A DNA stretch of 64,000 nt from Chlorokybus atmophyticus (Eukaryota; Plantae; Mesostigma and Chlorokybus algae), in the NCBI GenBank assembly GCA_009103225.1, contig RHPI01003753.1:127041-191040 (forward strand), in the 5' to 3' direction. The notes beneath the pieces were generated by a model. The model saw only the letters and a program-made list of their open reading frames with translations. It did no database searches and was not told the DNA's origin. A program made the position numbers and the translations under genes. The stretch's first letter is position 1. Every line of letters begins with the position of its first letter. Below, piece after piece: positions 48,590 to 64,000 of this stretch.

Positions 48590-49290
48590 TTAACCAATGG
48601 CACCATACTGTTCTCGCACACTGCTCGACTGACACTTCTGCAAAAACTCAGCCTCAAACTGTTGTCTGAGCGCAAGAGCCTGTGCATAGGCGCTCAGATC
48701 CAGTCCATCGCACCGGCGCACAACTCTCGCCCACACCGCACCGTCTTTCACCTCCCCAATGACCTGGGCCACATGCATGATCAGGCATTGTACATGCCCA
48801 GTGGCGTGCCTCATACGTTATATGTATGGGATGGTTGGCAATGCATCGGACTTACGCCCGATGTAGATTGTTTAAACGTACATGTGTTGACTCCGCTTGC
48901 CCTCACCTGTGCTGTGGCGCCATCCCGTAGCGTTGCAAGCATGCCAGCGCCGACGTGGTCCAGCCTCAGCTTCACGCGTGCCGCCGGGGCGTTGCGAGCC
49001 CTTGCGGCAAACTAAGGATCGACAAAGTAAGCGCTGATGATGTCATGGTCAAGGATTCCAGCAGCAACGACAAAAAGGAGGAGGAGCAGGACAACGACAA
49101 CGGCGACGCCTACCTCGTCTTCCACAAGCTCCGCAGCCAGGTCGTGCGCAGGTGCGTTAGCAACGGCGGCGGCAGGAACAGCCCAGCGGAAGATGCCCGT
49201 CACGCGGAAAGAACAGACCTCGTCCGGCGCCCCGCTCGCCGCCGCTGCTGCCGCCGCCGCCACCGACACGCAGGCGCCTGCCGCCAGCAT
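48590..49290 (-). CDS. TEN1: CST complex subunit TEN1 (OB fold); exons 49290-49114, 49011-48907, 48763-48590
   Basis: Phase-0 GT-AG exons give ...SFRVTG...VKL...QVIGEV...WARVVRRCDGLDLSAYAQALALRQQF, matching the plant TEN1 pattern SLRVT...QFIGEL...QAR..R.VDG.D...Y...L.RQF. Confidence 0.72.
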
Positions 49291-51025
49291 TGGGCGCCTC
49301 GGTGACAGACTTGGCGGGAAGCTTTGAATGGCAAGCGCCCTCTGCGCAGGTGTGTGAGGTGACTCTGTAAGGTGACACCAAGCCTAAAAGGAGCAAACAT
49401 GAAGGGACAAACGATGCCGTGGATACTGCATTAGAGTCCCCCCTTTCGACACAGACTACACACATGGTCTTTGCTCCGCCTCCTATAAGTAAGGAATGCT
49501 TTCAATGGTGGCAGACCATGCTCAAAACTCTATGAAATAAAACATCATACCGCAAATGAAAGGGTAATACACATATCGAAAGTACCGAAATCCCTAACAA
49601 TGGAACACATGCGTGCACATATTTGCACATTTATGCTCACAAAAACAACACGAGTTGAAGGATACGCACAATGCTTAGTGGAGTTGAATTCAGCCGCAAC
49701 ATTGGTCATGTCTTATAACATCATCCCAACAATTGAACACTTTCAACCATAAAAATATGACCTGATTATCTGTCAATAGATGCCTTTTCAAATCAACACC
49801 AACGCGATAACAACAGATGTTGAAGTGTTTATATCATCAAGCTTGGCAGAAGTGTAACGTAGCAAGTGCAGAGGATGGCTCATGACATATATTGTTAGCT
49901 ATTTTTAACCTATGACATTATGCGCAATGGTAGCTGTGCGGCATATTTATAATTATTACTTTCATGATCAACGGATTAGGCGTTTGGTTGTTACGGTAGC
50001 GGAGTATAGGAAAAATGTAGCACACATGTTTCACATTGAATTGTTTACTTTCGCTTTGCATCCAGATCTTAACACGCAAGAGTTGAATATAGCAAGCTCT
50101 CGTCAGAAAGGAATGTAAGAGTGCCTATGCAAATTAGAGGTGAAGCAAGCAAGCAAGCAAGCGCATAAGCATGACACCACGTGGGGGGCAAGGCAAAGTT
50201 TAACACGATACACGAAGGCAATTAGGCAATTAAGACCACTAGTCGTGTAAACCCTCAAGCAGCAGCATTTTGGGACGCAGCAAGCACATAGTAAGGGCAA
50301 GGACAACCTGCAGAGCGCAAGGGATCTGGAAGAGGCAAGGAGAGGTTGGGCCCGAGCTTAAGCTTAGCAGCGGCAAGCACAACATGGTCGTGGACGGACG
50401 GACGCCTAGACGGCCTGTCTCCTACGCCGCCTTGGTCGCATCCCACGTCTTATGGTGACAGATTCATTCACTATTGGTATATGCATGGCAAAATACTCAA
50501 TTTCATAAATTTGCTTAACGGTCTCAAGGTAAAGATAGTACTATCGTTAAAGAATGTGCTCTCATTCATCACATCAAAAAAACATGCATTTCGAACCATG
50601 ATATTGTTGGCGATTACTTGCCAAGTCAATAAGTTAAGAAACGCATACGAAGCAATGCAGACAGACATTGCACGCCACATTGTATGTACACAACACGCTG
50701 TTACATGGCACCTAGTACCGCTACAACCGCTGCACGGACATTTGATTGGCACGCGACCCCTCATGCATGATTCTTGGAGCACACAAGTCCCCGATGCGTT
50801 GCTTGAACGGTTGACGGTTGCTCCGGCATAAGGCCTGATACAGCACTTCACATACCCTATACACACTCATGAAAGCAGGTGCTTGCAGCAAGACAACTGC
50901 AGCAACTCAAACCGGAAGCAGTCGAAAACAGATTCAGCAGCATGATGCGACCGCAGTCGCAGAATTTACCAATCGCAACTATATGACTTTGGTACAATTA
51001 CAGAAACACAATAATAGCTGGCACA

Positions 51026-53324
51026 CTAAACCCTGGCGTGATCAGCAGTGGTTCCATGGTCTGGGCCACCAACACGATACGCTAGTAGATAGTCGATGTT
51101 GATGCCTGCCATCCTGCGCGGTTCAAGTCCCAGATCTTTGAAGCCAAGAGCTGCAAGACATGTGCATTGTGAGCCCATAATTCTGCGTAAGCAATTGATA
51201 TCCACGAGCATTGCAATACATGGATGCCTAAGCTGCAACGGTGAGTATGAAGCCCCAACTGCACTTGAGTACCACCTACCATCAGGGCTGACGACATGAT
51301 CCACTTTAAGGGTGTCCATGTAATCCTTGAGAAGCAGAAGTGGGGCGTTGATGGGAAACGGCACTCTCGCTTGCGCCCATTCTCGTGGGGCAGCAAGCCA
51401 CTGCCAGGACACATGTGTCAGTTCACTGCTGCTGGGGCTAACCCTATTCCCTGGCAGCATTGACAGCTCAAACACAGCTGCAGCATACTGTGTCATTTTA
51501 CAAACCACTCAACAGCCAACGACACCTGCTACCCAACACACCTGGGCAAGCTCAATGGGAAGGTTCAGCATGACAGGCTTCTCGCGAATTGTCTCAAAGG
51601 TAATGTTCACCTGCATAGACGATCATCACTACTACTCCAGACCATCAACAGAGGCCTCATAGACTGCAGGGCAAGCACGCGTACCAAGTCCTTGATTGTG
51701 AATGTTTCCGGACCTCCTAGTTCGTAAGTCTGCCCGACTGACGCCTCTGTGCCAAGCATCCCCATCACAGCAGCTGCAACGTCTCGCGCATGCACTGGCT
51801 GCATTCTGTGTGGACACGTCATAAGGATCCGCCAGCCAACAGAGCAAGTTTCACGGCCACACTACCAAAGTTACCCACTTTGTCCACCCTCCGTTGTAGA
51901 TAGGGACAACGCCTAACTTCTTGAAGAAGATGGCAAATGCATTCAATAGCCGGTCCTCAACACCAAACATATGAGCAGGCTTGAGAATTGTTGCCTGCAT
52001 ACACGGAGTCAGCAGCTGCTTGCAGCAGGGTGCGCAGTGGAACCGCACATCAGCTGGCTTCCAACAATTAATGTGACAGCGATGGCCAAATGCTCCCCGC
52101 AGAACCCCGGGAAGGCGGGGGGGGGGGGATAACAACCACAAGTTTAGATTGAGGCATGGTATTGTCGTGCAGACATACCCGTGGAAAATGGGACAAGACA
52201 GCCTGCTCTCCCTTTGCCTTGGTAACAAGTGATTGTGCTGGAGCATCCAGTGAGGCCTTCAGACAGGAGACGTGCATCAACCTGTCAATGTTGCCGTGGC
52301 CTGCGCACATTCTGGCAATGCGCTCTGCAACCTCCACATGGACAGTCTGTGCAGAGCGACTTTCAGCTACTACAACTCAACAGCGTACCATGAACATGCA
52401 ATCCAACTGGGATTCACCTCAAAGGGGTAGTTCTTAGTTGGAAAATCGCGACCTATGCAGTTGATAACCACATTGCTTGTTTTTATGGTGCGCCTGATAG
52501 ACTCGTCACTGTGACAAGCACATTGTAATCAGGGTGACAGGTGATTTCAAAACTATTTTCTTGATGTTGCGCTTGTGGCATGCCGCATAGCGTCACAATG
52601 TGACACATCACTCACAAACACTTCGCTTTAGCTGGCAGTGTTACTGAGGTATTGAACATGTGATTCCTAACACCGCACCAACGAGTACATGCCAGCCACT
52701 TTGTGCGCAATTAGAGTAATGGTTCGAAGCCGGCATTAGTCTATTGAGCAGAAGACATGGCGATAACCACAGCGTCTGAATTAGTGTGCTCACAGTCGGA
52801 AGTTCGTTACAAACCACCAGTTTACTTGTTGACATGTAACGTTCAAGAAATAGCATCAAACCTTTTAGGGTTGAAATGTACAGGCACAATCTGTCCCAGA
52901 TCGCCCATAAGCTTGAGGTGGCGCACTTCTTCATCGTTACCACGATACGGCACCAACACGCGAGTACCGCGGGTTGCCAACTCGTTCACAACGTACCTGC
53001 CCCACGCGCAAAATCGTTTCATTGTTAGCAAGCAGTAAGCGAAAAAGCGAGCAGAAGCAGACCACAATACCTGCAATATACCATTATGTCTTACCTGCCC
53101 AAAAATCCCGTGCAGCCAAACACCGTCGCCTCTACCCCGGAAATGGACGAGCGCCCCCCAGGCCCTGACCTAATGGGGTTGACGCCCCGGACGGCAAGTG
53201 TAGCGTGCGTCCGCAAGGAAGAAGGCAATGCGGCGGAGGTGGAAGAGGTAGAGGCGCAAGGCGCAACCTCCCCCACCCCCCTCCACGCCGCTGCCGCCGC
53301 CGCGGCGGCACCCCGCCTCCACAT
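51026..53324 (-). CDS. NDUFA9: Mitochondrial complex I 39-kDa subunit (SDR family), multi-exon
   Basis: [28 protein letters not shown], VPYRG...RHLKLMGDLGQ, SNVVINCIGR, ILKPAHMFGVEDRLLN, QPVHARDVA, YELGGPE. Confidence 0.93.
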
Positions 53325-53817
53325 CGCCCAGGACCTCCTCAATGTCTTTCACAACCCTAACTTCACCAATCAAGCCCTAAGTCCACGAACCGACCACCGA
53401 CAGTCTGCGGTCGCATCTCCATGCGCCGAATGTCGGCGCTCAACCCGCGCCTCGCTTTCCAGGTCAGCGCAAGCTGGACGAACGGGGCGCTGCCGGCCGT
53501 GCGTTGCGGCTGAATCACCATCCTACGGCCGATGTTCCACTCACTTGCGCGAGGAATTCCTCACTTCGGACGTCGATCTCTGCCCTCAACGTGATTTCAA
53601 CCGTCGGATCAGGTCCATAAAACAGCTTGCTGACGCTAGCAAACAAGCTGCAGGCCACCCGTGATCTCTCGCCGTTTGCTGTCGGCGGTGGTTGCAAGGC
53701 TGCCGGAAGTACCTCAGGTTTGCACCGGTGGGGCTACATCAGCAACCGGTTTGATCAAGTGTTGCGACCGGGTGGGCGAGTCAGCTGCCGGCAGCGTTGG
53801 TGGCATTGGTGGCGGCA

Positions 53818-56800
53818 ATGGCGGGCATGGCGGCGGTGGCGGCGACGTCCTGTCCGTTCAGCTTGTCGTTCCGATCGTCGTCTTTGTGCGGGACGTCTCT
53901 GAGAGCGTCGTCTTCTCCCCGCCGCTCGCAACCGCGCCCTGCTGCTCAGTGGCGAGGAGCACGTGCGGAGGCTTTCAAGAAGGTGCAGCATGCATGCGTG
54001 CTGAGGCTCAAGCGCTGGTTGTGCGTTACTGACCGCTGGTCATCTCACTTCCGCTTGCAGGTGTTGATTGCTAACAGAGGGGAGATTGCTGTGAGGGTCA
54101 TTCGCACTTGCAAGGAGCTCGGGTTGGAGACTGTTGCAGTGCATTCCACAGCGGACGCGCAGTCTTTGCACGTGCAGCTTGCAGATGAGGCCGTCTGCAT
54201 AGGTATTGCACAATGATATGTTATGTACACATTGGATGTCTTGGTAATTGCAGTCAACACGCTTGTCAGCCTTGATTGGCGTCACAATGCAACAAAGTCA
54301 CGGTGCTCGCTCAGAATCACTGCAGTACGTGGTTATGAGAGAATCATGCTTGCCCGTACTCTGCTCGGTGTTTGTGACGTCATAACATCTTAACGACAAT
54401 GCATTCTCGTCTTCACAGGCGGTGCCGCCTCCTCGGAATCGTACCTCAACATCCCCAACATCATCGCTGCGGCCATCTCTCGTGGAGCTCAAGTGGGTGC
54501 CCTTTGCAATGCAATTGCGCACACAGCATGGTCGTATACTGCTTCACATTGCTGGGCTCGTTCTTGAGTACCGCACATGACACGCATGCTGTTGTATGGC
54601 GTGCATTCCAATGTGGTGGAGCAAAGTGGGCTCATTGCAGGCTGTTGTGACTGCAGGCACTTCACCCTGGCTATGGCTTCCTTTCTGAGAATGCCACATT
54701 CGTCGACATCTGCAACGACCACGGCATCGCCTTCATCGGCCCGAAGGTGCTGAGGACAGTGGATTCAATGCATGTGTTGCAATGAGGGAGTGCATGTTGC
54801 ATCTCTGTATTATCAACTCTCCATGTCAATGCATGTTTCAAGCTGCACGTGAGAGGCATGCATGCGGTTTGAGCTTCCAAAATTCAATCATTAACTGTTG
54901 CAACATTGCTGGCAGGCAAACAGCATTCGTGTGATGGGTGATAAGGCAACTGCACGTGAGACAATGAAGGCAGCCAATGTGCCCACCGTCCCGGGTACTG
55001 ACGGTCTCATCCAATCCCAGGTGACAATCTGCGATTCCAATTGTGAGTACAGCAGTACCAATTGAAAATCACGTGCAATACTATAGCTGTCAGCATGCAT
55101 ATAACAACAGGTGTATGCCTCTATTTGGGTTCTGTCAATTCTGCCTTGCACTTTGCAGGTGTCCACGGGTTGCTACCCAGACTAATATGCAGCTTCTGTG
55201 TTGTTATGACAACACAGGCGGATGCCTTGCGCTGGTCCGAGAAGATAGGCTTCCCCATCATGATCAAAGCCACTGCTGGTGGCGGTGGAAGGGGTATGAG
55301 GCTCTGTGAGGACCCGAAGGATTTCCTAAAACTGCTGCAGGTATACCATTCGCTCGTTCAGAAAATACAGTTAGTTTCATCACACAAGACGTGGGTTGTG
55401 CTTGTACTGAAAGTGGTTGTTTGTGTGTGTTGTGCCTTGATTGTCGTTGGCAGTGTGTTTTCGTTGTTGTTGTCGTCGTTGCTGTTGTTGTGTGTTGTGG
55501 TGGTGGTTGGTGGTCTGGTCTTTCTCTGCATCTGCATGCAGTGATGTTGGTGTACATAGGCTGCATCAGGCGAGGCGGAAGCGGCCTTTGGCAATGGTGG
55601 CGTTTACCTGGAACGCTATGTGAAGAACCCCCGCCATATTGAGTTCCAAGTATGTGACCCACACTGGCTGCGCCAGTGTGGGCAAGGCACTTTTGTTAAC
55701 TACAAGTAGTGTATGACTTGTACATTGATTTTAACAAAAGCTGTGCATGTTGAGTCTTGATGGAGTGTGCAAGCCGCCATGCTTGTGTGCACTGATACAA
55801 GCATGTCTGTCGATGCAACAGGTGTTGGCGGACATGCATGGCAACTGCGTTCATCTTGGCGAGCGCGATTGCTCGATTCAGCGCCGCAACCAGAAGCTGC
55901 TAGAGGAGGCACCATCACCTGCGCTCACACAGGAGTTGAGAGACGCCATGGGTGACGTAAGTAGTTTAACCTCATCAGGACAACCTTGCAGTGGACATGC
56001 ACGCAGCAACAACACTTTGCAATGCGGCAGTCATATTGGTGTTTGATTACAATATCAGCTGTTAGGGCTGCCATGTTCCACTGATTGACTTGTACGTTCA
56101 GGCTGCAGTGGCTGCAGCAAAGTCTATCGGTTACATCGGTGTTGGCACCATCGAGTTCTTGCTGTCTGAAAACGGCGAGTTCTTTTTTATGGAGATGAAC
56201 ACTCGTATTCAGGTGAGACCCAATGCAGGCATGAATAAAATGGTTCTCAGCCTTTTTCCTGGTTCAATTGAAGCAACCGCTTGCAGGTGGAGCACCCTGT
56301 TACAGAGATGATTGCATCAGTAGACTTGATAGAGGAGCAGATTCGCGTTGCACAGGTCAGTGTTGGTTTCCATGCATTGCACACAATGCGATGTGGTTGT
56401 CTGGATGCGTGCATCTGCAGCCCCGTGCAAGTGCTCCCATATCAAGCGTGCTAGGACGAACTCTGATTTTCTGAGTGTCACGCAGGGGCACCCTCTGAGG
56501 TTTAAGCAGGAGGACATCCAGCTGCGGGGTCATGCAATCGAGTGCCGTATCAACGCTGAGGATGCATTCAAGAACTTCAGGTGAGCAACACGTCGTCTGA
56601 TAAATGGTAACCTGTTAACACGTTCTGCTCGCCTTGCACATGTTTTACTCGCCTTGCACATGGTAAGATGTCCTGTTAAAATTGGGTTGCACGCCCGGCT
56701 GATTATACCTGTCCTTCTGTAACGCAGGCCGGGGCCAGGCAGAATAGTGGGTTACCTTCCACCAGGTGGCCCATATACGCGCATGGACTCACATGTGTAT

Positions 56801-57585
56801 CCCGACTACCTTGTGCCTCCCAACTATGACTCGCTTCTTGGCAAGGTGAGCCTGGTACCAGTGCAGGACGGGCATGTTTGCGAGGTGTTTTGTACATCAG
56901 CTGACTGTCAGCATGCACTTGTGTGTCTGTGCGTTTTAAAATAATGCATCCAGGAACATACATGGACGTACACGCAGTGAAAGCAGCTTACCGTAGTCTT
57001 ACCAGGCTTAACTGGTTTGTCGTGTGTACTCCAGCTGATTGTGTGGGGTAAGGATAGGCCAACTGCCATTGAGCGCATGAAGAGGGCTTTGAACGAGACG
57101 GTCATCACTGGTATGTTTGCTACATGGCGCAGCTTAGTGCTGACTTCAATCGCGCAGTTGCCATGAATCTCATGGTTGGCACTTGTCAGGTGTCCCAACC
57201 ACAATCGACTATCACAAGTTGATCCTGGACAACAAGGTAAGCAGGCAAATTAAGAACAATCAAAGGGTTACAGTAGTAATTTGTCACAGGGGATAGCATA
57301 GGACAAATTCATAACCTGGTAACACTTGCAGGACTTCCGTGATGGCATTGTGGACACCGGCTTTATTGCTAAGCATGCGGACGAGCTATCAACGGTATGT
57401 ATTGTTGTAGCGATGTGGGTGTCTGCGTGTGCTTAGAAACATGGCGGACTATATGTGCGGAGTCGTGTAATTGTGTTGTCACAATGTCATCTTGTTGACA
57501 CTGGGTACTGCAGCCGCCTGTGACCAAGCCAACCAGGAAGAAGATTGTGGAGAAGGCTGCAACGGCTGCTGCGCGCAGGCGATGA
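53818..57585 (+). CDS. accC: Biotin carboxylase subunit of plastid heteromeric acetyl-CoA carboxylase, multi-exon
   Basis: [88 protein letters not shown]; transit peptide; stop at 57583-57585. Confidence 0.96.
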
Positions 57586-58738
57586 GCTGTGCTATCTTAG
57601 CGTTATGATACATACAGCGTGTTCTGAGTAAGCAATAAACGTTGAGCAGTAATGGTATCTACCGATGTGGCAAAGCAAAGCATGCCTGTCGGCTACTAGC
57701 CTTGTTTGCTACCTGTGCCGTGTCAGTTGCAGCCAATAGCCCATGTGGCCTCGAAGTGTTGTGTCCTATTCCTGCCACATCCATGTCGGTGTGGTGGCTG
57801 TGGTGGTATAGTACTGTGCTTGCTGTTGACTGGGTTTTGGTTTGTTGTGTTGGCTGTATAAGCTGTTGTAGACTGATTGTTGAGATTGTATACAGCCACG
57901 ATTATGTGAATACTATCCAGTTTGCCGGTTTGATTGGTATCACAATCTCGAAACGATCTTGTGACAATGGGCAATTGAATGCATACCAACAATGGCGCAC
58001 GCATATTTGCACCAGGCTGAGCATATAAGCTGATATGTACAGCAAATGCAAGACATGTTCATTGACAGTAGCGAATTCACAACGCTGTGAAGGTAGGAGC
58101 ATATTAGGGCTATATGCTGTCGCTAAGTGCATGCAAGTGAGGTGGAGGGTGGGGCAGTCGTACAGTGGGCTGTTGTCAGGGTGGAGGTTGATGAGGTGCA
58201 AACTGAGTAGGAAACAGGTCACATCAAGCAGGCAGGTAGGGCGAAGTGGTAGGTGGCCATGTGTACATACTGCGGGGAATATATATGATGTACAGCATGT
58301 GAAGCTTGCTGGCTAGGTTTGGGTGTGCAAGTAAGCTGTGCCACACATGATTGGGCATGTCTGGCACAGCGTATTTGATAGATGTAAGCCACATGGTTAC
58401 AAACTGAATTATAATATCCTGAGCCAGTGAAGGTACATCCTTAAACTATCGCGTAGTTTCTCACTGCCAGTGCGTGCTAACAAACACCCAGAGCAGCGCT
58501 AGTGCCTGGGCAGCACATGAGATGCCAGAAGAATGCACTCAACCCATGGGATGAAAAGACAAGTAGCCACAAAGACGGTGTTGTGTGAGCATGTGCAGCT
58601 CAGCATGTTAGACAAGGAAATGGGGACACGGGCTGGTGGAGACTTGGACCTTTTCTTAGCCATTGTAATTACTACGGATATACAGCGCCACAGTTGATAT
58701 CACACTGAAGTCAGTACGATCGTAACACAGTTGGTCCT

Positions 58739-61564
<2,826 letters not shown>

Positions 61565-61615
61565 GGCGACAACCACGACAACAACTACGAGCAGGTGCGC
61601 AAGCATAAGCGCAGC

Positions 61616-61625
61616 AAAACCCTAA
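61616..61625 (+). promoter_or_regulatory. Telo-box (AAACCCTAA) abutting the GatC start codon
   Basis: AAAACCCTAA at 61616-61625 in the 60-nt UBA5/GatC spacer. Confidence 0.45.
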
Positions 61626-62573
61626 TGGCGGCGACGGTGGTGGCGGCGTTGGGGTTGTCGTGCAGGTCGTCAGAAGATGAGTCGTCGTCAGGGCGAACTT
61701 CAGCATGGCCTGCCAGGCCTGGCCGGCCATGTCGACGGGTCGTCTGCCCGGTAAGGGCGTCAGGCAGCTCAGCAGCAGCAGCGAGTCAGCTGCCGCCACC
61801 TGACGTGAGGAAGCTAGCGAGCCTGTCCAGGCTGCATGTGAGCGAGGAAGAGGCAGAGGAGCTCGGCCCTCAGATTGCCGGCGTTGTGGCCTGGTTTGGG
61901 CAGCTTCAAGCCATTGACGTTGAAGGCGTGCCCCCGGCCACGCGTGCAGGTGAGAAGCCGAAGTGCTAGTGAGTGATTACTTCACAATGGACGTGGACAT
62001 AGTTCTTTTTATATTTAGCGGTGCTTGAAGGCAGTCCGAGTCTATACAGACTACGTGGTAGATGACATACAGCTTGCTTATCAGTAAGCATCCCACAGCC
62101 TCAGCAGCAATCGTTGGTGTACTTAGTGGTTACAAGACTCCAACTTACATCAAGCATGTGATAATGTAAGCATGCTATCTGTTACTGTGCAGGCGACGGG
62201 TATGAAGCAGAGACTGGCCCAAATGTACTTCGGGAAGATAAGCCAGTTGCGTTTGACAACAGGTGCGATCTGCGGTGCGGTCACTTAGCACGTGCATGTA
62301 TGCATGCGTTTGATTGTCGCTCACAATCGGTCAGGCAACCTTGCACAGCATGTTTCACGTGCATGCTTTTCATCTTGTAAACCTGTACCAAAGCGAGAAG
62401 CAGTGTTCCTGTGCAAGGCAATGCGCCTTGCACAATCTAGAGGATGCAGTCAAAGAAGGTGACCATCTTGACTGCTATGTCTATGTTGCGACAGGGAGGC
62501 AATGCTGTCGGCTGTTCCCGACATGGAGGGGCCTTACATACGCGTGCCGCAAATCTTAGCTACAGAAGAATGA
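61625..62573 (+). CDS. gatC: Organellar Glu-tRNA(Gln) amidotransferase subunit C; exons 61625-61949, 62193-62262, 62495-62573
   Basis: Transit peptide, then PPDVRKLASLSRLHVSEEEAEEL.PQI..VV.WFGQLQAIDVEGV...LREDKP...REAMLSAVPDMEGPYIRVPQIL. Confidence 0.9.
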
Positions 62574-63736
62574 CATGGTTGCGCTTCACTTCTGCTGCCA
62601 CACAGCGGTGTGACTGCCTGCGCAAGCTGTCCCACCATCACATTGTTACCGACATTGCTGAAGGTCAATCTGAAGTTGACACGCCATTGGACTGCTTGCA
62701 ACTGCAGCGCACGTCCAGTTGAGAGGCTGTGCTGACAGATGACAATGAGCACAGTGCCATGGTCATGGAGTGTGTTTCCATGATGGCTGATGTGACTGCA
62801 CCTGCCAGCGCACCACCAAGGCTTGAATCCCAGCTGCTGGGTTCATATTGACTGGACGGTGCACTTTAAGTGGCTTGAGGCATGTTCAATGTCACATTAC
62901 TTTGCTTGCTGTGCGTGTATAGCACAAGCTGCGAACCAGGTGGTCGTGCATCGGTTGTGTAGACGATGTTGCTTCCTTTCATTGCACTGACCAAGCACCT
63001 TTTGCTGAGAGTCTATCTCAGCAGCAGGTGTACACAAGATGCAAGAGGCAGTTCGTGTGTGCCACTCAGCTCTTCGTGCTATGCTATTGCCAAGTAGCAC
63101 TCGGTTTGTGTAAGCGTCGCATGCATTCGGTGCTGACGGTGCTGTCAGACTTTATATTGCTCATCAAGATTTAACCCACGACAGCAGGCTGGCGTGAGAC
63201 GCAGCAATAGCAGCCTGTGTCCTCCATCTGCACAGCAGCGGCGCATCATGAAAGCGGGTGCAGAATAAGATTTCATAACACACTTCGCGAACACATAGTG
63301 GCAGCAATGCAAGTTTGCATACCCACTGCGGAATTGCTACAGGCATATGCGCAAAAGTTACCAGTTAACACATGATGCATGCATGTGTTAACTGACGGGG
63401 TAAGGGCAGTAGCGAAGCTAGCTACCTAGGTTGTATAGGCAGCCTGGTGGTGAAATAGGTTGCTGCCATGTTGGAGTGCTTGTGCTGGCGTATTTGCATG
63501 GCCAGTGCAATGGTGAGTCACATGCACAGCATTGCATATTTTCTACATTATACATGTGCCATACATGCGCTTCATGTACACTTTGACATTGAATCAACAT
63601 GGTGGCTATGTGGTGGCCGTCACCCACTGGGTGTGAGCAAAAGTAGTGTGTCGACATGTATTGCAACACTCTGCGTTCGCACCCCAGCCGACACTTCCTA
63701 TGTACACCGTCTACGCTCACACTCCGCGGAGCAGCA

Positions 63737-64000
63737 ATGGCGGCGGCGGTGGCGGCGACGGCGTTGTGGTCGGCTTCTCCGTCGCTGCCTCAGTCGCCAG
63801 CTGCAGCGCCACCTCGCCGCCCTAACGCCGCTCCCCTCCGCATCGTGTGCGCCGACAACAACCGCGGATTTCGCAAGCGCAGGGTGAGCAGCATGCAAGC
63901 ATGCTCCTCCTTGGCCTGGGTCTGGGGTAGCCTGGCACATTGCAATGGTTGAGTGCTTTGAGCTGTAGGAAAGGGTTCGGAAGAAGCCGGAGAGGCGGGA
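63737..64000 (+). CDS. 5' end of an unidentified, probably plastid-targeted protein (truncated by window); exon 63737-63883, next exon from 63969
   Basis: MAAAVAATALWSASPSLPQSPAAAPPRRPNAAPLRIVCA... is transit-peptide-like; GTGAG donor and CTGTAG acceptor; CpG-rich like other gene starts. Confidence 0.55.

Noticed and set aside
52690-52740. GGTTCGAA T-loop-like motif as a tRNA
   Set aside because: No cloverleaf or D-arm; it lies within an NDUFA9 intron.

Overview
Eukaryotic nuclear DNA with GT-AG introns from a green-lineage organism; the gene set and plant-like NUP58/TEN1/APC10 sequences suggest a streptophyte-type green alga (inference). Positions 1-7 kb are a transposon cluster. It holds the 3' end of a Ty3/Gypsy pol with an integrase carrying a C-terminal PHD finger, a degenerate antisense gag-like ORF with two CCHC knuckles, and a 1.6-kb hairpin-packed element with short inverted ends. 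Positions 7.8-13.3 kb hold three GC-rich genes: a DPD1-like DEDDh exonuclease with substituted catalytic residues, aspartylglucosaminidase and a cysteine hydrolase. Positions 14-24.5 kb are accessory: repeats, hairpins and AT-rich blocks with no recognisable intact protein. Positions 25-64 kb are gene-dense: beta-amylase, APC10, protease-dead FtsH, NUP58, TRAPPC2L, TypA/BipA, TEN1, NDUFA9, biotin carboxylase, UBA5, GatC and a partial plastid-targeted gene, plus a non-LTR retrotransposon remnant and AT-rich blocks. The most notable observations are three head-to-head gene pairs with start codons only 60-87 nt apart, the PHD-integrase, the structured non-autonomous element(s), the pseudo-exonuclease and two long pre-miRNA-like hairpins. 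All family assignments come from motif recognition by eye; exon boundaries were inferred by hand.
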